A stretch of 64,000 nt of DNA from Verrucomicrobiia bacterium (lineage in GTDB: Bacteria; Acidobacteriota; Polarisedimenticolia; Gp22-AA2). The stretch is from the NCBI GenBank assembly GCA_035638075.1, contig DASRAU010000027.1, positions 41,508 through 105,507 of the forward strand, written 5' to 3'. Position numbers and translations under genes: made by a program. A model generated the notes under the pieces. It searched no databases. It was not told where the DNA came from and saw only the letters and a program-made list of their open reading frames with translations. Positions within the stretch are counted from its first letter, which is position 1. Each line of letters starts with the position of its first letter. This document shows positions 1 through 10,018 of the stretch, one piece after another.

Positions 1-128
1 TCCCGGTCGGGACCGGGTCGCAGGAGCTGGTCCGGATGACGCGCACCGGGCAGGGTTTCGAGCGCGAGTCGCTCCTGCCGGTCCGCTTCGTGCCGATGAC
101 CGGCGACGCGAGGCGGCCGTCGTCCTGA
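1..128 (+). CDS. 3' end of an upstream gene (partial); the tail resembles protein-L-isoaspartate O-methyltransferase
   Basis: The frame is open from the window edge to TGA at 126-128. It reads PVGTGSQELVRMTRTGQGFERESLLPVRFVPMTGD..., similar to the usual PCMT C-terminus (..PVG..Q.L....L..V.FVPL.G). Only about 41 codons are visible. Confidence 0.4.
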   Translation, partial: PVGTGSQELVRMTRTGQGFERESLLPVRFVPMTGDARRPSS

Positions 129-183
129 CCGTTTCTTTGCCGAAGCTGAAGTTGCCGAAGACGAAGGCTCTCACGGAGAACGC

Positions 184-1614
184 ATGTCGAAAGTGATCAC
201 GCCCCGCGCCGAGGACCCCTCCCGCTGGTACACCGACGTCATCCTGCAGTCGCAGATGGCCGACTACTCGCCGGTGAAGGGGTGCATGGTCATCCGCCCG
301 CTCGGCTACGCCGTCTGGGAGGCGATGCAGCGCGAGCTCGACGCCCGCTTCCGGGCCACCGGCCACCAGAACGCCTACTTCCCGCTGTTCATCCCCGAGT
401 CGTTCATGAAGCGCGAGGCCGAGCACGTCGAGGGGTTCGCGCCCGAGCTGGCGGTGGTCACGCACGGCGGCGGCAAGAAGCTCGAGGAGCCGCTGGTGGT
501 GCGGCCGACGTCCGAGACCATCATCTACGAGATGTACTCGAAGTGGATCCGCTCCTACCGCGACCTGCCGCTGCTCATCAACCAGTGGGCCAACGTGGTG
601 CGCTGGGAGATGCGCACGCGCCTGTTCCTGCGCACCACCGAGTTCCTCTGGCAGGAGGGACACACGGCGCACGCGACCGAGGCCGAGGCGGAGGAGGAGA
701 CCCTCAAGATCCTGGAGATCTACCGCTCCTTCGCCGAGGACGTCATGGCGATGCCGGTGTACACCGGGCTCAAGACCTCGCGCGAAAAATTCGCCGGGGC
801 GCTGCGCACCTACTGCATCGAGGGGCTGATGCAGGACGGCAAGGCGCTGCAGGCCGGGACGTCGCACAACCTCGGGCAGAACTTCGCGAAAGCGTTCGAG
901 GTCAAGTACCAGACCGCCGCCGGCGACTGGCAGCATGTCTGGAACACCTCGTGGGGCGTCTCCACGCGGCTCGTCGGCGCCGTGGTGATGTCGCACGGCG
1001 ACGACAACGGCGTCGCCTTCCCGCCGCGCCTCGCCCCGATCCAGGTGGTGATCGTGCCGATCTGGAAATCGGACGAGCAGAAGGCGCGCATCGGCGAGGT
1101 GGCCCGCAAGGCGGAGGCGGAGCTGGCCCCCGCGTTCCGCGTCAAGGCCGACCTGCGCGACGAGATCTCCCCCGGCTGGAAATTCAACGAGTGGGAGCTC
1201 AAGGGCGTGCCGCTGCGCCTCGAGATCGGCCCGCGCGACCTCGAGGCCGGCCAGTTCACCGCCGTGCGCCGCATGGACCGGAAGAAGACCCCGGTCCCGT
1301 TCGCGGACCTCGCGAAGACGGTCGGCCCGATGCTCGACGACATCCAGACCAACATGACGGAGATCCGCCGCCAGGATCTCCATGCGCGTACGTTCGTCGC
1401 GACCGACTACCAGCAGTTCCAGAAGGATCTCGACGAGAAGGGCGGGTTCTATCGTGCGGGCTGGTGCGGCAACGCCGACTGCGAAGCGAAGATCAAGGAA
1501 GACACCAAGGCGACGATCCGGTGCATCCCGCTTTCCGGAAACAAGGAAGAGGGACACTGCATCCGCTGCAACGGTGCCTCGCACGAATGGGTCCTGTTCG
1601 CTCGCGCGTATTGA
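184..1614 (+). CDS. proS: Proline--tRNA ligase (archaeal/eukaryotic-like class II form, about 476 aa)
   Basis: Full-length ORF. Typical ProRS blocks are present (YSPVKGCMVIRP, FRATGHQNAYFP, RPTSETIIY, FLWQEGHTAH, QAGTSHNLGQNF), plus a C-terminal Cys-rich ProRS-C domain. Confidence 0.9.
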   Translation: MSKVITPRAEDPSRWYTDVILQSQMADYSPVKGCMVIRPLGYAVWEAMQRELDARFRATGHQNAYFPLFIPESFMKREAEHVEGFAPELAVVTHGGGKKLEEPLVVRPTSETIIYEMYSKWIRSYRDLPLLINQWANVVRWEMRTRLFLRTTEFLWQEGHTAHATEAEAEEETLKILEIYRSFAEDVMAMPVYTGLKTSREKFAGALRTYCIEGLMQDGKALQAGTSHNLGQNFAKAFEVKYQTAAGDWQHVWNTSWGVSTRLVGAVVMSHGDDNGVAFPPRLAPIQVVIVPIWKSDEQKARIGEVARKAEAELAPAFRVKADLRDEISPGWKFNEWELKGVPLRLEIGPRDLEAGQFTAVRRMDRKKTPVPFADLAKTVGPMLDDIQTNMTEIRRQDLHARTFVATDYQQFQKDLDEKGGFYRAGWCGNADCEAKIKEDTKATIRCIPLSGNKEEGHCIRCNGASHEWVLFARAY

Positions 1615-2825
1615 TCGGGCTGGTCTTCGCCGCTCTCGTCTCCGGGGTTCTCGCGCAGGCGCCCCCGGCCGCCGACCCTGCGGTTTCGCCCGTCAAGATT
1701 CGCTTCATCGAGCCGGGCGCGGCGCTGCTCGAAGGGACCATCCGCATCACGGTCGAGGCTTCGACCTCGCCCGACGCCACGATCGCCAGCGTCTCCGTCT
1801 TCGCGGACGACCGGCTCCTCACCATCCTCGAGCGCACCCCTTACACGCTCACCTGGGATTCCGGGCATGGGGCGGGCCTTCGGAAGCTTCGAGCGGTCGC
1901 AGAGGACTCGCTCGGGCGCAAGGCCGAGGCGGTGCTGGTGTCCCGGCGCATCGGCTCGGTGCAGTACGAGGACGTGCGCCTCGTGCAGGTGTACGCGGCG
2001 GTGCGGGATGCGAAGGGGCGGCCGGTGACCGACCTCGACAAGAGCGCCTTCACGTTGAAGGAGGACGGGGTGCCGCAGTCGATCGCGACGTTCGCGCCGG
2101 CGCGGCTGCCGATCACCATCGCGCTGCTCATCGACACCTCGAGCAGCATGCGGCTCGGCGGGCGCATCGACCTGGCGCGGCGCGGCGCCGAGACCTTCCT
2201 CGACGCGGTGGCTCCCGAGGACCGGCTGATCGTGCTGTGGTTCGACGACACGGTCAAGGGAGACCGCGAGCCGACGACCGACCGCAGGACCTTGAAGCAG
2301 CGGATCGCCGCGGTCGCCGCCGGCGGCGGCACCGCGCTCTACGACGCGCTCTTCCAGACGGGCGAGACGCTGACCGGGCTCGAGGGGCGGCGCGCCCTGG
2401 TCTTGCTCTCCGACGGGCGCGACCAGGCGCTGGCCGAGAACGAGCCCGGGAGCCTGCACGTCTTCGAGGAGGCGCTCGAGCGCGTGCAGCGCTCCGACGC
2501 GGCGGTGTATGCCATCGGGCTCGGCCCGCGGCTCGACCAGGAGATGGACCTCGAGCACCGGCGCAGCGTGAAGGAGCTCCTCGAGACGCTGGCGGCGCAG
2601 ACCGGAGGCAGGGCCTACTTCCCGCAGAAGGCGTCGGCGCTCGAAGAGGTGTACCGGCAGGTGGCGGTCGACCTGAAGGATCAGTATCTGCTCGCCTACG
2701 CCTCGTCCAACACGGCTCGTGACGGGCGCTGGCGCGCCATCGAGGTGAAGACCTCGGACCCCGCGCTGAAAGTGACGGCGCGCGCCGGCTACTTCGCTCC
2801 CGGCGCCCCTTCCGCGGCCCGCTGA
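1587..2825 (+). CDS. Secreted VWA-domain protein (VWFA-related Acidobacterial domain type)
   Basis: This is the 3' part of track ORF 282..2825. ATG at 1587 gives the signal-like N-terminus MGPVRSRVLIGLVFAALVSGVLAQA. A MIDAS-like block (LLIDTSSSM) and a VWA fold follow. The portion 282-1586 is an alternative frame of proS and is rejected. Confidence 0.8.
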   Translation: MGPVRSRVLIGLVFAALVSGVLAQAPPAADPAVSPVKIRFIEPGAALLEGTIRITVEASTSPDATIASVSVFADDRLLTILERTPYTLTWDSGHGAGLRKLRAVAEDSLGRKAEAVLVSRRIGSVQYEDVRLVQVYAAVRDAKGRPVTDLDKSAFTLKEDGVPQSIATFAPARLPITIALLIDTSSSMRLGGRIDLARRGAETFLDAVAPEDRLIVLWFDDTVKGDREPTTDRRTLKQRIAAVAAGGGTALYDALFQTGETLTGLEGRRALVLLSDGRDQALAENEPGSLHVFEEALERVQRSDAAVYAIGLGPRLDQEMDLEHRRSVKELLETLAAQTGGRAYFPQKASALEEVYRQVAVDLKDQYLLAYASSNTARDGRWRAIEVKTSDPALKVTARAGYFAPGAPSAAR

Positions 2826-3124
2826 ACCGCGGCCACCGCGGGCTGCGGTACCTCGCTCCTCCGGATCAGCATCAGGTTGCGCGAGTAGACCAGGAGACCC
2901 GCCGCCTGCCCGAGCGTGAAGACCAGGTCATGCCGGTAGAGCAGGGCGTACGCCAGCAGGATCGATCCCCCCGCCAGGCTGAGATACCAGAACGCCACCG
3001 GCACCGTGCTTTCGCCGCGGCGCTCGGAGGCAATCCACTGCACCACGAAACGGGCGGTGAAGAAGGCCTGTCCGAGCAGGCCGAAAATCACCCAGGCGTC
3101 GACGTTGAGCAGCCGATCAAGCAT
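2789..3124 (-). CDS. Lipid-A-biosynthesis N-terminal domain (LAB_N) small membrane protein
   Basis: 111 aa with 3 predicted TM segments and the motif FTARFVVQWIASE typical of LAB_N. It overlaps the stop of the upstream GT2 gene by 8 nt, so the two appear to form an operon. Confidence 0.7.
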   Translation of the reverse strand: MLDRLLNVDAWVIFGLLGQAFFTARFVVQWIASERRGESTVPVAFWYLSLAGGSILLAYALLYRHDLVFTLGQAAGLLVYSRNLMLIRRSEVPQPAVAAVQRAAEGAPGAK

Positions 3125-3857
3125 CGTCCCTCACCTCGTAGCGCAGCGAACGCTTCTTCATCCAGCGCACCGCCAGCAGATCCATGAACGACGGCACCAG
3201 CCGGTTGGAGATGCCGTACTTCGACTGGCCGTGGATGCGCGGCCGATGCCCCACCGGCAGCTCGCTCACCCGGAAGCCTTCCATGCGCAGGAGCGTCGGC
3301 AGGAAGCGGTGCAGGCCGTTGTACAGCTTCAGCCGATCGAGCGCCGAGCGCCGGTAGGCCTTCAGCGAGCAGCCCGTGTCCTCGATGGTCTCGTCCGAAA
3401 GGCGGTTCCTGACGTAGTTGGCGACCCGCGACGACACGCGCCGCACCAGCGTGTCGCGGCGGCCGACCCTCACGCCGACGACCGCGTCCCAGCCGTCCAT
3501 GGCGCGCACCAGGTTCGGGATGTCCGCGGGATCGTTCTGCAGATCGGCGTCGAGCGTCACGACGATGGTGCCGCGCGCGCGGTGGAAGCCGGCGTCCATC
3601 GCCGCCGTCTGCCCGGCGTTGCGCTTGAACCGGATCACCCGCAGCGCCGGGTGGGCGCGGCGCAGCGCCAGGAGAGCCTCCCCGCTCCCGTCCGAGCTGC
3701 CGTCGTCCACCATCAGGATCTCGTAGCGCCAGCCCTGGCCCACGAGGCTGCGCTCGATCTCCGCCAGGAGCGGCTCGATGTTGTCCCGCTCGTTGTAGAC
3801 CGGGATGACGAGCGACAGGTCGAGGTCGTCGCGCTCGGCGCTCAATTGAAGATCCAC
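3117..3857 (-). CDS. Family-2 glycosyltransferase (polyprenyl-phosphate sugar transferase, ArnC/DPM1-like)
   Basis: Motifs LSLVIPVYNE, MVDDGSSDGS and TLDADLQND are present. A GTG start at 3857 is chosen. Upstream of it the track ORF (to 4415) runs in another frame of the neighbouring kinase gene. Confidence 0.75.
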   Translation of the reverse strand: MDLQLSAERDDLDLSLVIPVYNERDNIEPLLAEIERSLVGQGWRYEILMVDDGSSDGSGEALLALRRAHPALRVIRFKRNAGQTAAMDAGFHRARGTIVVTLDADLQNDPADIPNLVRAMDGWDAVVGVRVGRRDTLVRRVSSRVANYVRNRLSDETIEDTGCSLKAYRRSALDRLKLYNGLHRFLPTLLRMEGFRVSELPVGHRPRIHGQSKYGISNRLVPSFMDLLAVRWMKKRSLRYEVRDDA

Positions 3858-4498
3858 AGCCGGCGCAGGCGGCTCATGCGGCGGTGCCGCCGCTTCTGGG
3901 ACGGGGTCATCTGATCGGGCATCAGGAACGAGCGCCACTTCAGGAGGGCGGCGCGATCGAGGCGCCGCAGCCAGGGGAAAATGACGCGCGACGCCAGGGA
4001 CCCGGGATGGAACAGGACGCTGGCGTTGAAATCGATGATCCCCGGCCGGCCGTCGTCGCCGACGAGGATGTTGTCCCGCTTGCGCAGGTCGAGGTGGGCA
4101 ATCCCCCGCTCGTGGATGCGCGAGACCAGCGCCTCCAGCCGGTCGAGCATCGGCGCGATCTCGGCGGCCGGCCGGCGGCGCCAGCGGGTGATCGGCGAGC
4201 CCGGCATCGGCTGCAGCAGGAGCCCGCACGGCGGGAGCTCGCCCAGGACCGCGGGAATCCCCTCGATCCCGGCGAGCCGCCGCAGCGCCCGGCGCTCGTG
4301 CCTGAGCTGGCGGCCGCCGAACCAGCGGATGAGCCGGCTCTTGCCGGAGAAATCCTTCAGGATCATCTCGGTCGCCGGCCCCTCGCCCAGGGCGAGGATG
4401 TCGGCCTTGCCCCACGGGCCGTGCTTGAGGACACGCACCGTGAGACCGGGGGGCAGGGGGGTCCGTTCGTCACGGACCGCCGCGGGGCGGGTGTTCAA
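3842..4498 (-). CDS. Lipopolysaccharide kinase (Kdo/WaaP) / RIO-like small kinase
   Basis: 218 aa with catalytic-loop-like HLDLRKRDNIL and a metal-binding IIDF. It lies in LPS context directly upstream of the GT2 and LAB_N genes. Confidence 0.65.
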   Translation of the reverse strand: MNTRPAAVRDERTPLPPGLTVRVLKHGPWGKADILALGEGPATEMILKDFSGKSRLIRWFGGRQLRHERRALRRLAGIEGIPAVLGELPPCGLLLQPMPGSPITRWRRRPAAEIAPMLDRLEALVSRIHERGIAHLDLRKRDNILVGDDGRPGIIDFNASVLFHPGSLASRVIFPWLRRLDRAALLKWRSFLMPDQMTPSQKRRHRRMSRLRRLWIFN

Positions 4499-4535
4499 GG
4501 ACGCGCGATCTCCTGTGCTATTCTCGGCCGGGTCG

Positions 4536-5201
4536 ATGGTGCCGCATCATTTTAATACAGCGCCCCCGGTCCCCCTCTCCCGCGGCCTCCTGGAGCGGCT
4601 TCCCCGCACCAGTCTCCACGCCGGCCGCAACGTGTCGAAGGCCTCGATCGACATCGTGGAGCACGAGGGGAAGACCCTCGTCATCAAGGACGTCGCCCAC
4701 CGGCCGTTCTGGGTGCGGACCATCCTCGGGCCGTTCCAGCTGCGGCGCGAGGCGCGCGCCTATCGGCGCCTCGCGGGGCTCGAGGGAATCCCGTCGCTCG
4801 TCCAGGTGATCGACCGCCGGGCGCTGGCCATGGAGCGCATCGACGGCCGGGCGATCCGGGAAGTGCCGCGCGGCACCGTGCCGGCGGTCTTCTTCGACCG
4901 GCTGCAGGCGCTCGTCGAGGCCATGCACGCCCACGGCGTCGCCCACGGCGACCTGCACCACGGCGACGTGCTCGTGGCGCCCGGCGACCGCCCCTACGTC
5001 ATCGATTTCTCCACGGCCTCCTTCACCGGCCGCCGGCGGGGGCGCTTCCGCAAGTTCTTCTTCGACCAGGCGCGCCTCGCCGACCTGCGCAACGTCGCCA
5101 AGCTCCGCCGCCGCTGGCTCGGCGCCTCGGCCGCGCCGGTGCCCGAACGGCCGCTGCTGTACCAGGTCGGGACCACCCTGCGACGGATCCTCGGGCTCTG
5201 A
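4536..5201 (+). CDS. Second Kdo/WaaP-type kinase-like protein, paralog of 3842..4498
   Basis: ATG at 4536 (MVPHHFN). It shares RRLAG(I/L)EGIP and DRL(E/Q)ALV..H..G(I/V)AH.DL........G.P..IDF with its divergent neighbour. Its catalytic loop reads HGDLHHGDVL, lacking the Asn seen in the paralog. Confidence 0.6.
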   Translation: MVPHHFNTAPPVPLSRGLLERLPRTSLHAGRNVSKASIDIVEHEGKTLVIKDVAHRPFWVRTILGPFQLRREARAYRRLAGLEGIPSLVQVIDRRALAMERIDGRAIREVPRGTVPAVFFDRLQALVEAMHAHGVAHGDLHHGDVLVAPGDRPYVIDFSTASFTGRRRGRFRKFFFDQARLADLRNVAKLRRRWLGASAAPVPERPLLYQVGTTLRRILGL

Positions 5202-5258
5202 ACTTTACAGGTGTCCGGGGAGTCTGCTAACGTCCCGCGCATCCGCGGAGAATCCAGC

Positions 5259-6002
5259 ATGAAGGGCGTCATTCTGGCGGGAGGTCTGGGGACGAGGCTG
5301 TTCCCGCTCACGAAGATCACCAACAAGCACCTGCTGCCGGTCTACGACCGGCCGATGATCCACTATCCGCTGAAGACGCTGGCCGACGCCGGCATCCGCG
5401 ACGTCCTGATCGTCACGGGCGGCAACCACTCCGGGGAGTTCCTCCGCCTCATCGGCAACGGCAAGGAATACGGTCTCAACGAGATCGCCTACGCCTACCA
5501 GGAGGGGGAAGGCGGCATCGCCGACGCCCTGGCGCTGGCGCGCCCGTTCGCGAAGGGACACCCGGTGGTCGTCGTCCTCGGCGACAACATCATCGAGCAG
5601 GACATCCGGCGCCCGGTCGCCGCCTTCGCCGAGCAGAAGAAGGGTGCGCGCATCCTCCTCAAGAAGGTCTCCGACCCGGAGCGCTTCGGCGTGCCGGTGT
5701 TCGAGGGGTCGAAGATCGTCGCCATCGAGGAGAAGCCGAAGAAGCCGCAGTCGGATTACGCCGTCATCGGCATCTACATGTACGACCCGGCCGTCTTCGA
5801 CATCATCACGACGCTCAAGCCCTCCGACCGCAACGAGCTGGAGATCACCGACGTGAACAACGCCTACGTCAAGCGCGGCGAGATGCAGCACGACATCCTC
5901 GAGGGCTGGTGGACCGACGCCGGCACCTTCGAGTCGCTGTTCCGCGCCTCGCAGCTGGTGCGCGAGCGGATGATCGAGAAGCTCACCGCGGGGCAGAGGT
6001 AG
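5259..6002 (+). CDS. rmlA: Glucose-1-phosphate thymidylyltransferase-like sugar nucleotidyltransferase (short form)
   Basis: MKGVILAGGLGTRLFPLT is the G-x-G-T-R-L nucleotidyltransferase signature. The start is taken at the internal ATG at 5259. It lies immediately upstream of rmlB. Confidence 0.8.
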   Translation: MKGVILAGGLGTRLFPLTKITNKHLLPVYDRPMIHYPLKTLADAGIRDVLIVTGGNHSGEFLRLIGNGKEYGLNEIAYAYQEGEGGIADALALARPFAKGHPVVVVLGDNIIEQDIRRPVAAFAEQKKGARILLKKVSDPERFGVPVFEGSKIVAIEEKPKKPQSDYAVIGIYMYDPAVFDIITTLKPSDRNELEITDVNNAYVKRGEMQHDILEGWWTDAGTFESLFRASQLVRERMIEKLTAGQR

Positions 6003-6004
6003 CG

Positions 6005-7006
6005 ATGCGCGTCCTCGTCACCGGCGGCGCCGGGTTCATCGGCTCGCACTACGCCCACCACGCCATCGAGCGGCATCCCGACTGGCAGGTCACCGTCCTC
6101 GACAAGCTGACCTACGCCGGCAACCCGGCCAACCTCGCCGACCTCGAGAAACACCCGCGCTACCGCTTCGTGAAGGGCGACATCGCGGTGGCGAAGGACG
6201 TCGCCGAAGCCTGGGGCGACGGCGTCGACCTCCTGTTCAACTTCGCGGCGGAGACGCACGTCGATCGCTCCATCGGCGACCCGGAGGGGTTCATCCGCAC
6301 CGACATCTACGGCGCCTACACGCTCCTCGAGATGGCGCGCGAGCGCGGAGTCAAGCGCTTCGTGCAGATCTCGACCGACGAGGTCTACGGCAGCGTGAAG
6401 GAGGGGGCGAGCACCGAGGATGCCCCCCTCATGCCCTCGAACCCGTACTCGGCCAGCAAGGCCGGGGCCGACCGGCTCGCCTACTCGTACTTCGCCACCT
6501 ATGGCGTCCCCGTGGTCGTGTCGCGGGCCTCGAACAACTTCGGGTCGCACCAGTACCCGGAGAAGATGATGCCGCTGTTCATCACCAATGCCCTCGACGA
6601 CCAGCCCCTCCCCGTGTACGGCGACGGCCGGCAGATCCGCGACTGGCTGCACGTCCGCGATCACTGCGAGGCGCTCGACGTCGTGGCGGAGAAGGGAACG
6701 CTCGGCGAGGTCTACAACATCGGCGGCGGCAACGAGCGGGAGAACATCGACGTGACCCGCCGCATCCTCGAGCGCCTCGGCAAGCCGCCCGATCTCCTGC
6801 GGCACGTCACCGACCGCGTCGGTCACGACCGCCGCTACGCCCTCGACTGCAGCCGGCTGAAGTCGCTCGGCTGGGCGCCGAAGGCCGACTTCGACACGGC
6901 CCTCGACGACACCATCGCCTGGTACAAGAGCCACCGCGCCTGGTGGGAGCCCATCAAGACGGGCGAATACAAGGACTACTACCGCCGCCAGTACGGCCAC
7001 CGCTGA
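6005..7006 (+). CDS. rmlB: dTDP-glucose 4,6-dehydratase
   Basis: MRVLVTGGAGFIGSH Rossmann motif and YSASKAGAD (YxxxK) SDR catalytic motif. The protein is 333 aa. Confidence 0.9.
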   Translation: MRVLVTGGAGFIGSHYAHHAIERHPDWQVTVLDKLTYAGNPANLADLEKHPRYRFVKGDIAVAKDVAEAWGDGVDLLFNFAAETHVDRSIGDPEGFIRTDIYGAYTLLEMARERGVKRFVQISTDEVYGSVKEGASTEDAPLMPSNPYSASKAGADRLAYSYFATYGVPVVVSRASNNFGSHQYPEKMMPLFITNALDDQPLPVYGDGRQIRDWLHVRDHCEALDVVAEKGTLGEVYNIGGGNERENIDVTRRILERLGKPPDLLRHVTDRVGHDRRYALDCSRLKSLGWAPKADFDTALDDTIAWYKSHRAWWEPIKTGEYKDYYRRQYGHR

Positions 7007-7045
7007 GCGACGTCGCCGGCTGCGCCCGCCCGGGCGCGTGAGCTT

Positions 7046-8317
7046 CTAGAACTGCGCCTTCTCCGTCGAGTCGTCGAGCGCCAGCGTCGAGGCGCCGCCG
7101 TCGGAGATGACCCGCGCCACCTCGTCGAAGTAGCCGGTGCCGACCTCGCGCTGGTGACGCGTGGCGCTGTAGCCGGCCGATTCGGCCGCGAACTCTCTTT
7201 CCTGAAGGTCGGAGTAGGCCGCCATCCCCTTGTCCCGGTACGCCTGCGCCAGCTCGAACATGCCGTGGTTGAGGGAGTGGAACCCGGCGAGGGTGACGAA
7301 CTGGAACTTGTAACCCATGGCCCCGAGCTCGCGCTGGAAGCGGGCGATGTCGGCGGCGGACAGGTGCTTCTTCCAGTTGAACGACGGCGAGCAGTTGTAC
7401 GCCAGCATCTTGTCCGGGAACTGCGCGCGGATCCCCTCGGCGAAGTGCTTCGCCTCGGCGAGATCGGGCGTGGAGGTCTCGCACCACAAAAGGTCGGCGT
7501 ACGGGGCGTAGGCGCGCCCGCGCGCGATCGCCATGTCCACCCCGCCACGGATGCGGTGGAAGCCTTCGGGGGTCCGCTCCCCTGTCAAGAACTCGCGGTC
7601 GCGCGGGTCGATGTCGGAGGTCAAAAGGCGCGCGCTGTCGGCGTCGGTGCGCGCGATGAGAACCGTCGGCGCGTCGAGGACGTCGGCGGCCAGGCGCGCC
7701 GCCACCAGCGTGCGGATGAAGTGCGAGGCGGGGATCAGCACCTTGCCTCCGAGGTGGCCGCACTTCTTCTCGCTCGACAGCTGGTCTTCGTAGTGCACGC
7801 CGGCGGCGCCGGCCTCGATCATCCCCTTCATCAGCTCGAAGGCATTGAGCGGGCCGCCGAAGCCGGCCTCGGCGTCGGCGATGATCGGCGCGAACCAGTG
7901 CCGCTTCGATCCGCCCTCGGCGTGCTCCACCTGGTCGGCCCGCTGCAGCGCCTGGTTGAGGCGCCGGACGAGCACGGGCACGCTGTTGGCCGGATAGAGG
8001 GACTGGTCGGGGTAGGTCTGGCCCTGGAGGTTGGCGTCGGCGGCGACCTGCCAGCCGCTGCAGTAGATCGCCTTCAGCCCGGCGCGCACCATCTGCATGG
8101 CCTGGTTGCCGGTCACCGCCCCGAGCGCGTGCACGTAGGGTTCCTCGTGCAGGAGCGACCAGAGCCGCTCCGCTCCGAGCCGGGCCAGCGTGTGCTCGAT
8201 CCGGATCGAGCCGCGCAGGCGCTCGACGTCCTTCGTCGAGTAGGGCCGGACGATCCCCGCGAAGCGATCGCGGGCCGGCTGCTTCACGGCGCGGTTCTCG
8301 GAGGCTGCGACGGACAT
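7046..8317 (-). CDS. aceA: Isocitrate lyase
   Basis: 423 aa with the KKCGHLGGK active-site signature and typical ICL blocks ([19 protein letters not shown]). Confidence 0.9.
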   Translation of the reverse strand: MSVAASENRAVKQPARDRFAGIVRPYSTKDVERLRGSIRIEHTLARLGAERLWSLLHEEPYVHALGAVTGNQAMQMVRAGLKAIYCSGWQVAADANLQGQTYPDQSLYPANSVPVLVRRLNQALQRADQVEHAEGGSKRHWFAPIIADAEAGFGGPLNAFELMKGMIEAGAAGVHYEDQLSSEKKCGHLGGKVLIPASHFIRTLVAARLAADVLDAPTVLIARTDADSARLLTSDIDPRDREFLTGERTPEGFHRIRGGVDMAIARGRAYAPYADLLWCETSTPDLAEAKHFAEGIRAQFPDKMLAYNCSPSFNWKKHLSAADIARFQRELGAMGYKFQFVTLAGFHSLNHGMFELAQAYRDKGMAAYSDLQEREFAAESAGYSATRHQREVGTGYFDEVARVISDGGASTLALDDSTEKAQF

Positions 8318-8330
8318 GGGCTCGGCTCCT

Positions 8331-9926
8331 TCATTCGGAAGCCGGCTCGAGCGCGACCAGGCGCTCGTACGCCGGAAGGGTGAGAAAGTCGATGAGCGGA
8401 ACGGACAGCGCCACTCTTTCGAAGAGCGGCACCGTGTCGGGACGGAGACTCATGCGGCCGGTCTCCTCGGCCAGGAAGGTTTTCACCAGCGCAGCGTCCA
8501 CGGCCCGGCCGTCCTCCAGGCGCGCGCCGTGGCGGACCCACTGCCAGATCTGCGTGCGGCAGATCTCCGCCGTCGCGGCGTCCTCCATGAGGTGATCGAG
8601 CGGGACGCACCCGAGCCCGCCGAGCCACGCGTCGAGATAGCGCAGCCCGACGACGATGGCGCGCCGCAGCCCCGCCTCGGTCCTGGTTCCCTGCGCCGGC
8701 CGCAGCAGATCCCCTTCGCGCGTGACCACGTCATCGCGCCGGCGGGCGATCTGGTTCGGCCCGGGCATCCCCCTGTCGAAGATCTCCCGCGCGAGCGGCA
8801 CGAGCCCGGGATGGGCGACCCACGTGCCGTCGTGGCCGTCCTTCACCTCGCGCTCCTTGTCGGCGCGGACCTTGGCAAGGGCCGCTTCGCCCGCGACCGG
8901 GTCGTTCTTGATCGGGATCTGCGCCGCCATGCCCCCCATGGCGTGCACGCCGCGGCGGTGGCAGATGCGCACCAGCGCCTGCGTGTAGGCGCGCATGAAC
9001 GGCTGCTCCATCGTCACCTGGGAGCGATCGGGCAGGACCGCCCCGGGATCGGCGCGGCGCGTCTTGATGAAGGAGAAGATGTAGTCCCAGCGGCCGCAGT
9101 TGAGCCCGGCGGAGTGCTGCCGCAGCTCCCAGAGGATCTCGTCCATTTCGAAGGCGGCGGGGAGCGTCTCGATGAGCACCGTCGCCTTGATGGTCCCGGC
9201 AGGGAGCCCGACCGCCTCCTGCGCGCGCAAGAAGATCTCGTTCCAGAGGCGGGCCTCGAGGTGGCTCTGCATCTTCGGAAGGTAGAAGTAGGGCCCGCTG
9301 CCGCGCTCGACGAGCGCGCGCGCGTTGTGGAAGAAGAAAACCCCGAAATCGAAGAGCGCGCCGGGGATGGGGGTGCCCTCGAGCAGGACGTGCGCTTCCG
9401 GCAGGTGCCAGCCGCGCGGTCTCACGCACAGCACCGCCGTCCTGTCGCCGAGCCGGTACTCCTTGCCGGTCGCCGGGTCGGTGTGACGGAGGGTCCCCTG
9501 GACGGCCTCGCGCAGGTTGGCCTGGCCGCGCACCAGGTTCTCCCAGGTCGGCGTCGTGGCGTCCTCGAAGTCGGCCATGAAGACGCTCGCCCCCGAGTTG
9601 AGGGCGTTGAGGATCATCTTGCGATCGACGGGTCCCGTGATCTCGACCCGGCGGTCGAGGAGATCGGCCGGAAGCGGGGCCACGGTCCAGTCGCGCTCGC
9701 GGATCTCCCGCGTCTCCTCGAGGAAACGGGGAGGCGTGCCCCGGTCGAACTCCTCCTGCCTGCGGCTCCGGCGCTCGAGGAGCCGCGCGACCTCGGGGGC
9801 GAATCGCCGCGCCAGGTCCTCCACGAAGGCGAGGGCCGCGGGGGTGAGCACCGCGTCCGCCTCCGCCAGGCGGGGGGCGCGGATCCGGAGGCCCGTCGGC
9901 GGGCTCGATGGTGCCGGCGTCGTCAT
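8331..9926 (-). CDS. aceB: Malate synthase A
   Basis: About 531 aa from the internal ATG (MTTPAPSS). Typical MSA blocks are present ([28 protein letters not shown]-like region). It sits directly downstream of aceA, completing a glyoxylate-shunt pair. Confidence 0.85.
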   Translation of the reverse strand: MTTPAPSSPPTGLRIRAPRLAEADAVLTPAALAFVEDLARRFAPEVARLLERRSRRQEEFDRGTPPRFLEETREIRERDWTVAPLPADLLDRRVEITGPVDRKMILNALNSGASVFMADFEDATTPTWENLVRGQANLREAVQGTLRHTDPATGKEYRLGDRTAVLCVRPRGWHLPEAHVLLEGTPIPGALFDFGVFFFHNARALVERGSGPYFYLPKMQSHLEARLWNEIFLRAQEAVGLPAGTIKATVLIETLPAAFEMDEILWELRQHSAGLNCGRWDYIFSFIKTRRADPGAVLPDRSQVTMEQPFMRAYTQALVRICHRRGVHAMGGMAAQIPIKNDPVAGEAALAKVRADKEREVKDGHDGTWVAHPGLVPLAREIFDRGMPGPNQIARRRDDVVTREGDLLRPAQGTRTEAGLRRAIVVGLRYLDAWLGGLGCVPLDHLMEDAATAEICRTQIWQWVRHGARLEDGRAVDAALVKTFLAEETGRMSLRPDTVPLFERVALSVPLIDFLTLPAYERLVALEPASE

Positions 9927-10018
9927 GGTCTGGGTGTCAATCCGGGCACGCAGGAATCTGTCATGACCTCCTCTCCGCGGCAAGCGACAGTTTCGTCATT
10001 TGGCCCGTTCTTCTTTCG

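Noticed and set aside
282-1586. 5' portion of the 847-aa ORF 282..2825, overlapping proS in another frame
   Set aside because: The region is fully explained by proS. The alternative frame is Arg/Pro/Gly-rich. The real gene (VWA protein) starts at the internal ATG at 1587 with a signal peptide.
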